A stretch of 64,000 bases of DNA from an uncultured delta proteobacterium (GTDB taxonomy: Bacteria; Desulfobacterota; Binatia; UBA9968). Both the position numbers and the translations under genes were made by a program. The notes beneath the pieces are model-generated. The model did no database searches. It was given only the letters and a program-made list of their open reading frames with translations, and was not told the origin of the DNA. The stretch lies in contig CAVUVW010000017.1 in NCBI GenBank assembly GCA_963745035.1, forward strand, positions 288,001 to 352,000. The letters are read 5' to 3'. Shown one piece after another: positions 10,434 to 19,690 of this stretch (its first letter is position 1; the number at the start of each line of letters is the position of its first letter).

Positions 10434-11447
10434 TCAGTTTCGTTTCATCGCCTCTTGCACGTATCCCGACTTTTCCAGCCGGTCGATGAATGAACTGTCG
10501 ACCAGCTCGGCGGCTTTGAGCTTGCCCATGCGCGGATTCATCCGCAGCAGCGCGTCGATCATGTTTTGCACGCCGGCCAAAGGTACGTTAGGGCTTTTGG
10601 TTTTGGCGTGCATTTCCAAGGTCGCATCGTACATGATCTGAACGCTTTGCGGCGTGCTCAGCTTCAAGCGCCGGGCGAGCACGTTCTTGACCACCTTCTC
10701 GTTGGCTGGATTCGGCAGGAAAGCGAGGCCGTCGATGGTGCCCTTGAGAAACGCTTCGATTTGCTGCGGACTCTCTTTGACGAAACGCCGCGAACCAACC
10801 AGCACCGTGTTGAGATAAGGAACATCGGCTTTGGTCAGATCGGCCATGACTGTGAGCCCTTTCTCTTTCGCCGCCTGCCCGAAACCCGGCTCTAACGGCG
10901 TCGCATCGATCCGGCCGCTGGCGAGCGCCGCTACGCGATCGGGCTGGGTTCCGACCTGCATGATGGCGATCTTATCTCGCACCGGGTCCAACCCGAGCGA
11001 TTGCAGCGCAACTTCGGCCGCCAGGTGGCTGCCCGAGCCGAACGTGCTGATGGCAACACGCTTACCCTTGAGATCGGCGGGCTGGCGCACCTGAGGTAGA
11101 ACCCAAAACTGATAAGGGAGAATATGAATCGTGCCGGCAAGAATGACGAGATCGGCTCCGCCCGACACGGCGCCCGCCGTCGGGCCCACACTGGTGGAAG
11201 CCAATTTAGCTTCGCCGGCGACCAGTGCCTGCGACGTCACCGAGCCGCTGCTTATGAAAACGGAAGAAACGTCGAGCCCATGTTTCTTATAAAAGCCTTG
11301 GTCCTCGCCGACCCACAAGCTCGCGTGCGTGGATATGAGTCCGGCGTATGCGACCAAAACTTTTCTTGAATCTTGCGCCCCCGCGTGAAAAGCGAGGGCG
11401 CCGACGAATAGGACAGCCAACAAAGCTCCGAGCATTTTCTTTTGCAT
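10434..11447 (-). CDS. SsuA/NMT1-like substrate-binding protein
   Basis: GAGGAG RBS, signal peptide, LWVGEDQGFYKKHGLDV and DLKGKRVAISTFGSGS. Confidence 0.9.
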   Translation of the reverse strand: MQKKMLGALLAVLFVGALAFHAGAQDSRKVLVAYAGLISTHASLWVGEDQGFYKKHGLDVSSVFISSGSVTSQALVAGEAKLASTSVGPTAGAVSGGADLVILAGTIHILPYQFWVLPQVRQPADLKGKRVAISTFGSGSHLAAEVALQSLGLDPVRDKIAIMQVGTQPDRVAALASGRIDATPLEPGFGQAAKEKGLTVMADLTKADVPYLNTVLVGSRRFVKESPQQIEAFLKGTIDGLAFLPNPANEKVVKNVLARRLKLSTPQSVQIMYDATLEMHAKTKSPNVPLAGVQNMIDALLRMNPRMGKLKAAELVDSSFIDRLEKSGYVQEAMKRN

Positions 11448-11621
11448 CTGAGCTCCTCTTTGTCGATGGAAGTACTCGGCCTCGATACGCCCTCGCGTCT
11501 ACCGTGATTACTCCCGACACATGCAGCAACGATCGTGATAGCCGCCGACGATCCATCACATGTCTCATCGAACCAATCCATAGAAGGTGCGCGGTACTAG
11601 CCCGCTGAAGAAACCGTCTTG

Positions 11622-11747
11622 CAGGCTGCTCAAAAAGATCCAGAGGCGAGGCGCGCGATAAATCGTCGAGCGGAGGCGTACATCGGCAGTACGTTGACGC
11701 GAGGCGATTGAGCGCAACGAAGCCTATGGGTCTTTTTCAGCAGCCTG
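11622..11747. mobile_element. MITE-like element, 126 bp, with 21-bp terminal inverted repeats
   Basis: CAGGCTGCTCAAAAAGATCCA ... TGGGTCTTTTTCAGCAGCCTG (2 mismatches). No coding capacity; it abuts the TAA stop at 11748-11750. Confidence 0.7.
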
Positions 11748-12522
11748 TTAATCCCAAATTCCTTCCGGCAGCGGCAGTCCGGCAAGATCGTCGGCGGCGA
11801 GCCTGCCGTCGGGCTCGATGCCGAAGCGCTCGAGGACGGCGATCATCTGCCGCGCATGCTGCGCCGAGTGCCAGGTTGAGCGCTCCAAAAGCTGATGCAT
11901 CGGCGGTGTGCCGTAGAATGTCTTGATCTTTTGCCGGCATGATTTGTCCGCGAGCCCGCCCCACCAGGTCTCGATGCGCGCGATAACGCCGTCGCCGTAC
12001 GTCGCGATTTCCGCGCCGGTGACGCAGCTTCCCTCCGCGGGCGGCACGTTGGCATTGTTGGTCTGGTATTCGACATCATCGATGGCGGTTTCGAGAAACG
12101 CCTCGCCGATGCGGAAGATGTGATGGCTTAAAAGCCGGATCGAGCGGTCGCGATTTTCAATCGCGCGCTGCGCAAACTGGGGGTTAGGAATCTGCCGGAC
12201 ATAGCGCTGCGCGGCGCGCAGCACCGTGATCCATTTTGCAGACCAGCACCGCCGGAGGAAGCGGACTGTGTCCGCTCCCTTGCAAACCGACGAATTCGGC
12301 GACGTCCTCCATGTTCTGGCAGAAGATGAACTGGCCGTCCTTTGCCAGCACCGGCACGCTCTGTGCGCCGAGGCTGAGCAACTGTTCTCGTCCCCCGGAA
12401 TCGTTCAGAACGTCGATCGTGTTGAAGTCCACGCCTTTTTTCGAAAGAAACTCTTTCGTTCTAAGGCAGCTGCTTCAACCGGGTTGGGTGAACAGAACGA
12501 ACTTGTCGCCGGCGATCTCCAT
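11748..12522 (-). CDS. Putative selenoprotein: glutaredoxin/NrdH-like UxxC domain fused to a DinB/YfiT-like domain (~257 aa; Sec at codon 16; one extra base near 12235)
   Basis: ATG at 12522 after GGGGG: MEIAGDKFVLFTQPG-TGA(12477-12475)-SSCLRTKEFLSKKGVDFNTIDV...QSVPVL, in frame with track ORF 12184..12432. After a +1 indel it continues as WITVLRAAQRY...LLSHHIF...WHSAQHARQM (track ORF 11748..12224). A SECIS-like hairpin follows the TGA. Confidence 0.85.
12433..12467 (-). promoter_or_regulatory. Bacterial SECIS-like hairpin of the Grx-DinB gene
   Basis: mRNA GCCUU-AGAA-CGAAAG-AGUUU-CUUUCG-AAAA-AAGGC: two helices and a 4x4 internal loop. The apical loop starts 22 nt after the UGA. Confidence 0.8.
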
Positions 12523-12659
12523 CGTCGCGCCCCCGCGATGACCCACTAAACTGCGCGGAACCTATCAACCGTCACGGAAGGTGTCAATCAAGATCATGCG
12601 ATGGCACCCATCGCTTTTTCTCTTTCTCGCGCCTGTTGTCTCGCGCCTCACTCCTAATG

Positions 12660-13660
12660 CTATTTATCAAACGCGCCGCTTTTCTGGAGCTCGACCAGAT
12701 ACCGCCGGTCGATCATATCGGCCGGTTTGATCGCCTTGGCGCGCGGATCGACCGGCGCGATTTCATCGAGCGAAGCCTGAAGCGCCGCGTCGGCGATTTC
12801 GAGCCGGCGCTCCAGTGCGGGAATCTCCGATTGATACGCCGCGTCCAGAATCTTGGTGTCGTTGATGCGCAGATACTTGCCGAGCACCTTGTAGACAAAC
12901 GGCTTGTCCGTGTGGAGAATTCTTGCCGACTCCGCCATGACGCGCATGAATCTGCCGATCACCGGGCCGCGCTTGTTGATCATGGAACGAAGAGTCACGA
13001 ATTGCGTCGCGCCGTAGGGAATGCGCATCTCCGGCCCGTTGATTACATAACGAAAGCCGCGCGATACCGCCGCCGAGTCGCCAGGCGCAACCAGACCAGC
13101 GGCATCGACACTGCCGGCCACTAACGCCGCCAGCGTCTCCGGCCCGCCGCCGGTTTGGATCGTTTGAATATCCTTGCTGGCATCCATGCCCAATCGTTTG
13201 AGCGCCTGTATAGTAAAATAATGAGTATTGCCGCCAAAGCGGCCTACGGCGACCTTCTTGCCTTTGAGATCCTCGGGACGCTTGATGTCGGGCTTGCCGA
13301 GAATGCTGTGAGTCAAAATATTTTTTACGCCGCCGATAAAAACCAAATCGGTAAAGCCCTGAACATAAGCGCGCACATTGCCGACCGCGCCCGTAACGCC
13401 AATCTCGGCATCACCGTTCAATGTCGCGGCGGTGGCGACGGGTGACGACGGAATAAACACGAGACGAAAATCCAGATCGTACTTTTTGAAGAGCCCGGCT
13501 TCCTGAGCGATCCACGGCATCGACTGAGACATGACCTGCGCCGAGTGCAGGCCGATCAGGCGATCCGCCGCGAGCAAACCATTCGGAAAAGAAGAATCCA
13601 TCCGATGAGCGCGGCCGCGGGAGCCAATTGGCGAAGCAAACTGCCTAGCTGAGTGCGCAT
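12660..13660 (-). CDS. SsuA/NMT1-like substrate-binding protein (frameshift in the signal peptide near 13600)
   Basis: ATG at 13660 after GGAGAGG; PWIAQEAGLFKKYDLD and DLKGKKVAVGRFGG. Confidence 0.85.
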
Positions 13661-13685
13661 AGCCCTCTCCTCTGCTGGTCTTGAG

Positions 13686-15335
13686 TCAACCGATCTCTTC
13701 GAACTTGAGCCGCTTGGCAATTTTTTCCGTCAGGTCTTTTTTCGACACCTTGCCGAACGGCGACAACGGAAACTCCTCCACGATCTCCAACCGCTCGGGC
13801 AGTTTGTGTTTGGCGATTTCCTGCGCCACCAAGAATGCGACAAGCTCCGGCAAGCTTAGCGATGCGCCGGCCCGCAGAATCACGTAGGCGCACATGCGCT
13901 CGCCGAGAACCGGATCCGGCATCGGCACGCAAGCGACGTTTTCGACCGCGGCATGGCCGAGAATCAGATTTTCGATTTCCTCGGCGCTGATCTTCTCGCC
14001 GCCGCGGTTGATCAAATCTTTCCTGCGTCCCTCGACCATGTAATTTCCCGACGGGTGCAGCCGCATCAAATCGCCCGTGCGATAGAAGCCGTCCGTGGTA
14101 AAGGCGCGCGCATTGTATTCGGGCGCGCCGAAATAGCCGCGCAGCGTGTACGGCCCGCGCGCCAGCAACTCGCCGACTTCGCCGGGCGCCACCTCGTTGT
14201 CGTCGTCGTCGACGAGCCGCGCTTCATCGTCAGGGCTGAGCGGCCTGCCGACGGTCTCCATCCGCACATCTTCCGGATCATCGAGGCGCACGAACATGAG
14301 CATGCCCTCCGCCATGCCGAAATTTTCCTGCACGGTCACGCTTGGAATCAATTCCTTGGTTCGCCGTCGGACCTCGGGCTGAAGCCGCTGACCGCCGCTC
14401 TGAATCACGCGCAGCGAGGAGAGATCGTATTTCGTGATCAGCGGATCGTTGATCCAGCGGATGAGCAGCGCCGGCACAACCGCCACGTGCGTGACCCGAT
14501 GCCGCTCGATCAGGGCGAAAACATCCGCGCTCCGGGTCGAATTCGACAGCACGAATTTGCCGCCGTGCAAAAGATAGCCCTGCAAGCCCGGACAGGCGAG
14601 CGGCAGGTTGTGCGCCAGTGGCAAAACGTCGAGAAAAATTTCTTCGGCGCCCACGCCAGTCACCGCCGAGGCGATCTTGGAGTTGTAGAGATAGTCGTTG
14701 TGCGAACGCGGGATGAGCTTGGGAATGCCGGTCGTGCCGCCGGAAAGTTGAAATACCGCCGGATCCTCGGGATCGATGAGAATTTTTTGGAGGTCATTCA
14801 CCGAGCGCCGGGCAGGCCGCTCGATCAAGTCGCCGAGCGAGAGAAAACCCGCCGGCGCGTCGCCCAAAATCACGCAGAAACGCACCGAGCGTTGGGCGGC
14901 GCGAATTCTTCTCACCGTCTCGCGATAGTCGAAATCCTTGGAGCGATCCAAGGTCACGCACGCCGCCGCTCCGGAAAGCTCGGCAAACTGGCTCATCTCG
15001 CGATGTCGATGGGACGGCAGCGCCAGGATCGGAATGCACGCGATCTTTTGCAGCGCGAAGTAGAGATAGACAAACTCGGCGACATTGGGGAGCTGCACGA
15101 CGACGCGATCACCCGGCTCGAATCCTTCGTCGAGCAGATTCAGCGCCAAGCGGGTGGCGCGCTCGTCGAGTTGAGCGTAGGTGACGGCCCGCTCGCCGTC
15201 GATCAGCGCGACTCGCCCGGCATGGCGGCGGAATACCGGATCGAAACTGTCGCGCAGCGATCGATCCTCCCAGTAGCCCTTGGCGCGATAGCGCGCGGCA
15301 AACTCGGGAGGAAATCGTACCACGCCGTCTAACAT
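13686..15335 (-). CDS. Aryl-acid adenylating enzyme (EntE/DhbE, salicylate-AMP or aryl-CoA ligase family)
   Basis: MLDGVVRFPPEFAARYRAKGYWED, FQLSGGTTGIPKLIPRSHNDY, PLAHNLPLACPG, NFGMAEG, RGPYTLRGY, FYRTGD and INRGGEKI. Confidence 0.9.
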   Translation of the reverse strand: MLDGVVRFPPEFAARYRAKGYWEDRSLRDSFDPVFRRHAGRVALIDGERAVTYAQLDERATRLALNLLDEGFEPGDRVVVQLPNVAEFVYLYFALQKIACIPILALPSHRHREMSQFAELSGAAACVTLDRSKDFDYRETVRRIRAAQRSVRFCVILGDAPAGFLSLGDLIERPARRSVNDLQKILIDPEDPAVFQLSGGTTGIPKLIPRSHNDYLYNSKIASAVTGVGAEEIFLDVLPLAHNLPLACPGLQGYLLHGGKFVLSNSTRSADVFALIERHRVTHVAVVPALLIRWINDPLITKYDLSSLRVIQSGGQRLQPEVRRRTKELIPSVTVQENFGMAEGMLMFVRLDDPEDVRMETVGRPLSPDDEARLVDDDDNEVAPGEVGELLARGPYTLRGYFGAPEYNARAFTTDGFYRTGDLMRLHPSGNYMVEGRRKDLINRGGEKISAEEIENLILGHAAVENVACVPMPDPVLGERMCAYVILRAGASLSLPELVAFLVAQEIAKHKLPERLEIVEEFPLSPFGKVSKKDLTEKIAKRLKFEEIG

Positions 15336-15355
15336 GCCGAAACCTTCATCCAACT

Positions 15356-15415
15356 CGAAGATGGAGAATGGAGGATGGAAGATAGCAATCCTCGATCCTC
15401 GATCGTCAATCCTCG
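15356..15415. repeat. Palindromic element of 4+4 tandem heptamers (GAGGATG ... GATCCTC)
   Basis: GAAGATG GAGAATG GAGGATG GAAGATA followed by AATCCTC GATCCTC GATCGTC AATCCTC. Confidence 0.8.
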
Positions 15416-15429
15416 ACTCACTCTTAAAA

Positions 15430-16194
15430 TCACGTTGTGCTCGAAAACCCGCCGTCGACGATGATGATCTCACCAGTCACGAAACGGTTGTGCAAAATAA
15501 GGCTGAGCATGCTGTCGGCGACATCGTCCTCCGTGCAGCAGCGCTTGAGCGGCGTATACTTGGCGCGGCGCGCCATCAAGCCGTCATAGTTTCCCGCCAG
15601 CGTGCGTTTCATCCACTCGCCTTCGATCCAGCCGGGAGCGACGGCGTTGACGCGAATTTTCGGGCCGAGGGCGTTCGCCAGCGTCTTCGTCAGATTCGCA
15701 ACCGCCGCCTTGCTGGCAGCGTACGGCAAAGGCTGCGCGCTCGGGCGCAGCCCGGCGATGCTGCACGTGTTGACGATGCAGCCGTTGGGCGATTTTCCGA
15801 GAAGCGGGACCGCCGCGCGCGTGACGAGAAAAACTCCGAGCACATTCACCGAGAAAACCCGGTTCCATGCTTCGACGGTCATCTCTTCGAAATTCGCCGG
15901 CGGCACATCGACCGTCGCGCCGGCGTTGTTGATCAGCGCGTCGAGCCGGCCGAATTCCTTCTCCACCGCCGCGAGCATCGCACGCACGCCGTCGTCGTCG
16001 CTCACGTCGCAGCGATAAAGAAACGCCCTCGCTCCCGCCGTCTCCACTTCGCGCGCAGTCATCTTCGCCGCGTCTTCGCTCCGGCTGTAGTTAACGACGA
16101 CGTTATAGCCGTTCTTCGCGAGAGCGATCGCTGCGCTGCGACCGATGCCGGTGGATGCGCCGGTGACGAGGGCCGCGGGTTTGGGGTCGTTCAT
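15430..16194 (-). CDS. Short-chain dehydrogenase/reductase (FabG-like)
   Basis: VTGASTGIG, INNAG, YAASK and VNAVAPG. Confidence 0.92.
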   Translation of the reverse strand: MNDPKPAALVTGASTGIGRSAAIALAKNGYNVVVNYSRSEDAAKMTAREVETAGARAFLYRCDVSDDDGVRAMLAAVEKEFGRLDALINNAGATVDVPPANFEEMTVEAWNRVFSVNVLGVFLVTRAAVPLLGKSPNGCIVNTCSIAGLRPSAQPLPYAASKAAVANLTKTLANALGPKIRVNAVAPGWIEGEWMKRTLAGNYDGLMARRAKYTPLKRCCTEDDVADSMLSLILHNRFVTGEIIIVDGGFSSTT

Positions 16195-16214
16195 CGATGC
16201 AGCTCCGAGCGTGA

Positions 16215-17207
16215 TTACGGCAGGTTTAGCAGCTTCGCCGCGTTACGGCGCTCGATTTTGGCGCGATCGCTTGATGAGAGGCCTACTTTATCGAGTTGGG
16301 GGATGGTGTAGCCGAGACCGATTTCAGGCGGCGAAATCGGGTAGTCGCCGCCGAGCACGATCCGATCGGCCGTCATGCAATCGAGCGCGCAGCGAATCGC
16401 GGAGGCGTCCGCGGTATGAGTGTCAACATAGAAGGCTTGGCAGTACTCCACGACGCGCCTCTGTAGATAGTCAGGTAGAGGCTTTTTCTCCTGCTCATAG
16501 ACGCGCCGCTCGAAAAAAAACTGTTGATCGAATCGCCCCATCGTAAACGGCAAAAAGCCGCCGAGCTGGCAGAACACGAACTTCACTCCCCACCAGCGGT
16601 CGAAAACATTGGCGGTGATCATCTTGATCAGACAAAGCATATCGTCGAGCAGAAACCCGACGCCGCTGTTGAGATAGCGATTGTTGAGTCCGAGAGCTTG
16701 CTGCCATGCCGCCGGCACCTGGCCGGGGTGGACCCAAAGTGGCATGTTCCACGCCTTGGCGCGTTCGAAGATCGGCTCGTAAACCGGATCGTCGAGGGCA
16801 CGACCGTCGAGATTGGTCGAGAGAGAGATGCCGAAAAGCCCGAGTTTCTCCACCGCGCGGTCGAGCTCTTTTAGCGCCCCTTCACCGCCCATGGGATCCA
16901 CCGCCGCCGCGGGAATGAAACGATTGGGCGCGATGCGCGCCGCTTCGGCGATGTAGTCGTTGACCATCTTGACGACTTCATCCATCGGCAGCTTGCGCGC
17001 GCGCGCCGCCGGCACGAGCAGGTTGCCGTAGTTGATCACTTCCTTTTCGACGCCGAAGCGGTCCATCAAAACGAGATGCTTTTCCAGCGAGCTGAAGCCT
17101 TCGTCGGCGTAGAGGCTGCGCCCGAGATAGCTGCCGGCGGCAAATTCCCGCAGTGCATCGAGAATGGTCGGCGGCAAGCAGTGCGCGTGGCAATCGATCA
17201 AGTCCAT
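16215..17207 (-). CDS. Amidohydrolase_2 family protein (ACMSD-like)
   Basis: IDCHAHC, VNDYIAEAA, PLWVHP, LGGDYP and IERRNAAKLL. Confidence 0.85.
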   Translation of the reverse strand: MDLIDCHAHCLPPTILDALREFAAGSYLGRSLYADEGFSSLEKHLVLMDRFGVEKEVINYGNLLVPAARARKLPMDEVVKMVNDYIAEAARIAPNRFIPAAAVDPMGGEGALKELDRAVEKLGLFGISLSTNLDGRALDDPVYEPIFERAKAWNMPLWVHPGQVPAAWQQALGLNNRYLNSGVGFLLDDMLCLIKMITANVFDRWWGVKFVFCQLGGFLPFTMGRFDQQFFFERRVYEQEKKPLPDYLQRRVVEYCQAFYVDTHTADASAIRCALDCMTADRIVLGGDYPISPPEIGLGYTIPQLDKVGLSSSDRAKIERRNAAKLLNLP

Positions 17208-17314
17208 CTTAGCTCCGGCTAACTTGTCTTGTCGGCGAAAAAACTAACACCGCGCCGTCCGATCTGTCAATCAAACCAGCACACCTGTTAACGCTCTGCG
17301 CTGAGTTTACAGTC

Positions 17315-17347
17315 GTCGTTCCGGCATGCTCTCGGCGGGAACCCCGG
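17315..17347 (+). repeat. Degenerate half-copy of the GTCATTCCCGC...GCGGGAATCCAG REP element
   Basis: GTCGTTCCGGCATGCTCTCGGCGGGAACCCCGG aligns with the minus-strand arm of 30633-30710. Confidence 0.55.
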
Positions 17348-17375
17348 CGAGATCCGAATGCGTCTTCGCTGGACA

Positions 17376-17696
17376 CTAGAAAAATCGGGAGAGAACCAGA
17401 ACCAACACTGCCCCGGCGATCATTCCGGTCACCGCGCTTTTGGTTTTGTAGGCGATCAAAATGGTGAGCGCCAACGCGATCGAGCGCCGTGGCGCCGCGG
17501 TGGTATCGATGCTCGCGCCCGACATGAACAGCGTGACCGAGATGATGCTGCAGATGAAACCGTAAGAAAGATAACGGAGCCAGCGATTCCAAGCCTCGGG
17601 AAATTTTTCGCCGACGAAAAACATCTGCGGCGCAGCGCGCACGGCGAAAGCCAGCAGTCCAATGATAAAAATTATCTGGAGGCGCGTAATTTCCAT
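17376..17696 (-). CDS. azlD: AzlD-like small membrane subunit (branched-chain amino acid exporter)
   Basis: 106-aa hydrophobic protein overlapping the end of azlC. Confidence 0.7.
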   Translation of the reverse strand: MEITRLQIIFIIGLLAFAVRAAPQMFFVGEKFPEAWNRWLRYLSYGFICSIISVTLFMSGASIDTTAAPRRSIALALTILIAYKTKSAVTGMIAGAVLVLVLSRFF

Positions 17697-18418
17697 TCTT
17701 CGAGTGCCCACCCCACCGTCGCAACCAGGATCGCCGTAACCAGCCAACCCCATCCCGGGCTCAGCGCCATGCCGGGGAGAGCCGCGATCAAGCTGCCGAG
17801 GCAAATCAGCGGCATCGCCCTGCCTTTCATCTCCACTACCAGCAAACCGGCGAAATAGCCGGGCAGAATGAATTTGAGCGCCTCATCGAAGCCCGGCGGA
17901 AAGCCGAAAGCAGCGAGAAACCCCGCCGCGGTACCGGCCACCCAGACCACAAAGCTGGTCAGCCCGACGCCGAGAAAAAACGCCAGATTACCCCGACCGT
18001 CCACGCTTTGCCGTTCTGTCTCGTTCGCACCAACGGCATTCTGCTCTTTCTGGAACCGCATGTAAGGCACGATGAAGCTGCTCGCGCTGACGACGTGCGC
18101 CGCGAGCAGCAAGTGCGGGCGTTTCGCGCCGCGAAAAAACGGCGCCAGCGCCGTGCTCATGGGGAGGAAGCGCAGGTTCATGAGGAAACCGGCAATCAGC
18201 ACTTGCAGCGCGGACTTTCCTTCCGCCAACGGGGCAAGTACGGCAAATTGCGCCGGCCCCGAGTACACCCAGGCGGACATGAGAATCACTTCTTCGAGGG
18301 AGAGTCCGTGATCTTGCGCGGCGATGCCCCAGGCAAGCGAGGACGGAACAAAAGCGATCCAAATCGGAATCGCCGCCTTCATTCCCTGGCGGAATCGTGC
18401 GGAGAAAGCCATCCCCAC
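17672..18418 (-). CDS. azlC: AzlC family amino acid export permease
   Basis: FRQGMKAAIPI, MSAWVYSGPAQF and LMNLRFLPMS. Confidence 0.85.
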   Translation of the reverse strand: MGMAFSARFRQGMKAAIPIWIAFVPSSLAWGIAAQDHGLSLEEVILMSAWVYSGPAQFAVLAPLAEGKSALQVLIAGFLMNLRFLPMSTALAPFFRGAKRPHLLLAAHVVSASSFIVPYMRFQKEQNAVGANETERQSVDGRGNLAFFLGVGLTSFVVWVAGTAAGFLAAFGFPPGFDEALKFILPGYFAGLLVVEMKGRAMPLICLGSLIAALPGMALSPGWGWLVTAILVATVGWALEEWKLRASR

Positions 18419-18571
18419 CGATTAACGAAGCGGCAGAGAAAGATCAATGAACGCAGGATCTACCAGGACGTGATTTATGAGCTTGCGCAAGCCGACGGAG
18501 AATGGGAAGGCGTGCCTTGCCCTTTCGATCAAAACTTTCGGGCGCTTCCTGCCTTCGTGGTGAGTACCGTT

Positions 18572-19567
18572 CTAACTCTTGTAGCCCAGCTCTTTGGCTA
18601 CTTCCCGGGCGATGCGCGCATCCGTGATTTCCTCGAAGGAAATTTTCTTGCCGGTGAATTGGCCGAGGAGCTGCAACGATTTCACGATCTGTTCCATCCC
18701 CTCCCGGCTCGGCACGCCGTTACCCGAGGCGCTGCGGGTATTGTCGGCGAACATTTCCTCGGCTACTTCGCGGTCGACTTTTATCGTGCGCATGATCAAA
18801 TCGATCGCTTTTTCTTTCGATTGCAGCAAGCTTCTCTTGGCGGTTTGCAGCGAGCGAATCACGCGCTTCAACTCGCTCGTGCGATTCTGTATGGCGGCAT
18901 TGGAAGCAGTAAGACCGCCGAGCGGCATCTGTACGTGCTGATCGATTTCGAGGAGCGGGCGAAATCCCTTTTTCTTGGCATGATAGTTCAACGGCGAATT
19001 CAACTGGGCGGCTTCGATGGTGCCGTTTTCCAATCCGCTCATGAGCTGCGGCGCGCCCAGAGCGACAATGGTGAAGTCTTTGTAATTTTCGCCGACAGCT
19101 TCCAGAGCGATACGCAAAGCGACGTCCGACGTGCCACCCAGCCCGGTAAGACCGATGCGCTTGCCACGCAGTTCTTTCAGCGATTTGAACTCCGGCCGCG
19201 CCAGAACCGTATAGATCAGGGACTCCGAAGCGAACCACACGGCTTTGGAAGGCAACCCCCTCAGCGTTGCCGCCACCGAGTTGGGCCCGACGCCGGCGAC
19301 GTAGTGAATATCGCCGCTCGCCAATGCCGAATTGGCCGCCTGCGAGCGCATCTGAATAGTCTCGACGTCAAGGCCGTTCTGTTCGAAGATCTTCCATTGC
19401 TGCGCGGCAAACAGGGCCAGGCAGCAGATGGAAATGTTGGGATAAGAAATGCGAATCTTGGTTTTGGCTTCCTGGGCGGATACGAACTTTGCGGAAGCGA
19501 CAGAGATAAAAAATACAATCGTGATCGCTGCAACGATGAACGTCGCGCATCGAATATTCTTCGCCAT
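18572..19567 (-). CDS. SsuA/NMT1-like substrate-binding protein
   Basis: GGAGG RBS, signal peptide, IFEQNGLDVE and ELRGKRIGLTGLGG. Confidence 0.9.
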   Translation of the reverse strand: MAKNIRCATFIVAAITIVFFISVASAKFVSAQEAKTKIRISYPNISICCLALFAAQQWKIFEQNGLDVETIQMRSQAANSALASGDIHYVAGVGPNSVAATLRGLPSKAVWFASESLIYTVLARPEFKSLKELRGKRIGLTGLGGTSDVALRIALEAVGENYKDFTIVALGAPQLMSGLENGTIEAAQLNSPLNYHAKKKGFRPLLEIDQHVQMPLGGLTASNAAIQNRTSELKRVIRSLQTAKRSLLQSKEKAIDLIMRTIKVDREVAEEMFADNTRSASGNGVPSREGMEQIVKSLQLLGQFTGKKISFEEITDARIAREVAKELGYKS

Positions 19568-19690
19568 GACGGCCTCCAAATCTCCCGAGTATTTCGACGG
19601 GCACCCACCGTGTGTCGGTTACTATTCCCTCTCTACTACCGTCACCCTTCCTTCTTCCGCGAGCGGCCGAGAGGGTAATATAAGTCCAGG

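Noticed and set aside
11448-11600. Structured 5' leader or riboswitch before the binding protein at 11447
   Set aside because: Some pairing is possible (ACATG/CATGT, GATCGT/ACGATC), but it matches no riboswitch consensus I recognise and has no expression platform.
13686-15335. Catechol siderophore biosynthesis cluster
   Set aside because: No entA/B/C/F-type context, carrier protein or NRPS, and the neighbours are catabolic.
18420-18570. Protein-like fragment (ERRIYQDVIYELAQADGEWEGVPCPFD) between azlC and the binding protein
   Set aside because: It has no start codon or RBS and no recognisable family, so it cannot be supported without a homology search.
18008-19678. Long opposite-strand ORFs (for example 18008..19678 +, 28344..30083 -, 57063..58772 +, 60751..62256 +)
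   Set aside because: These are antisense shadows of well-supported genes in GC-rich DNA, with no recognisable motifs.
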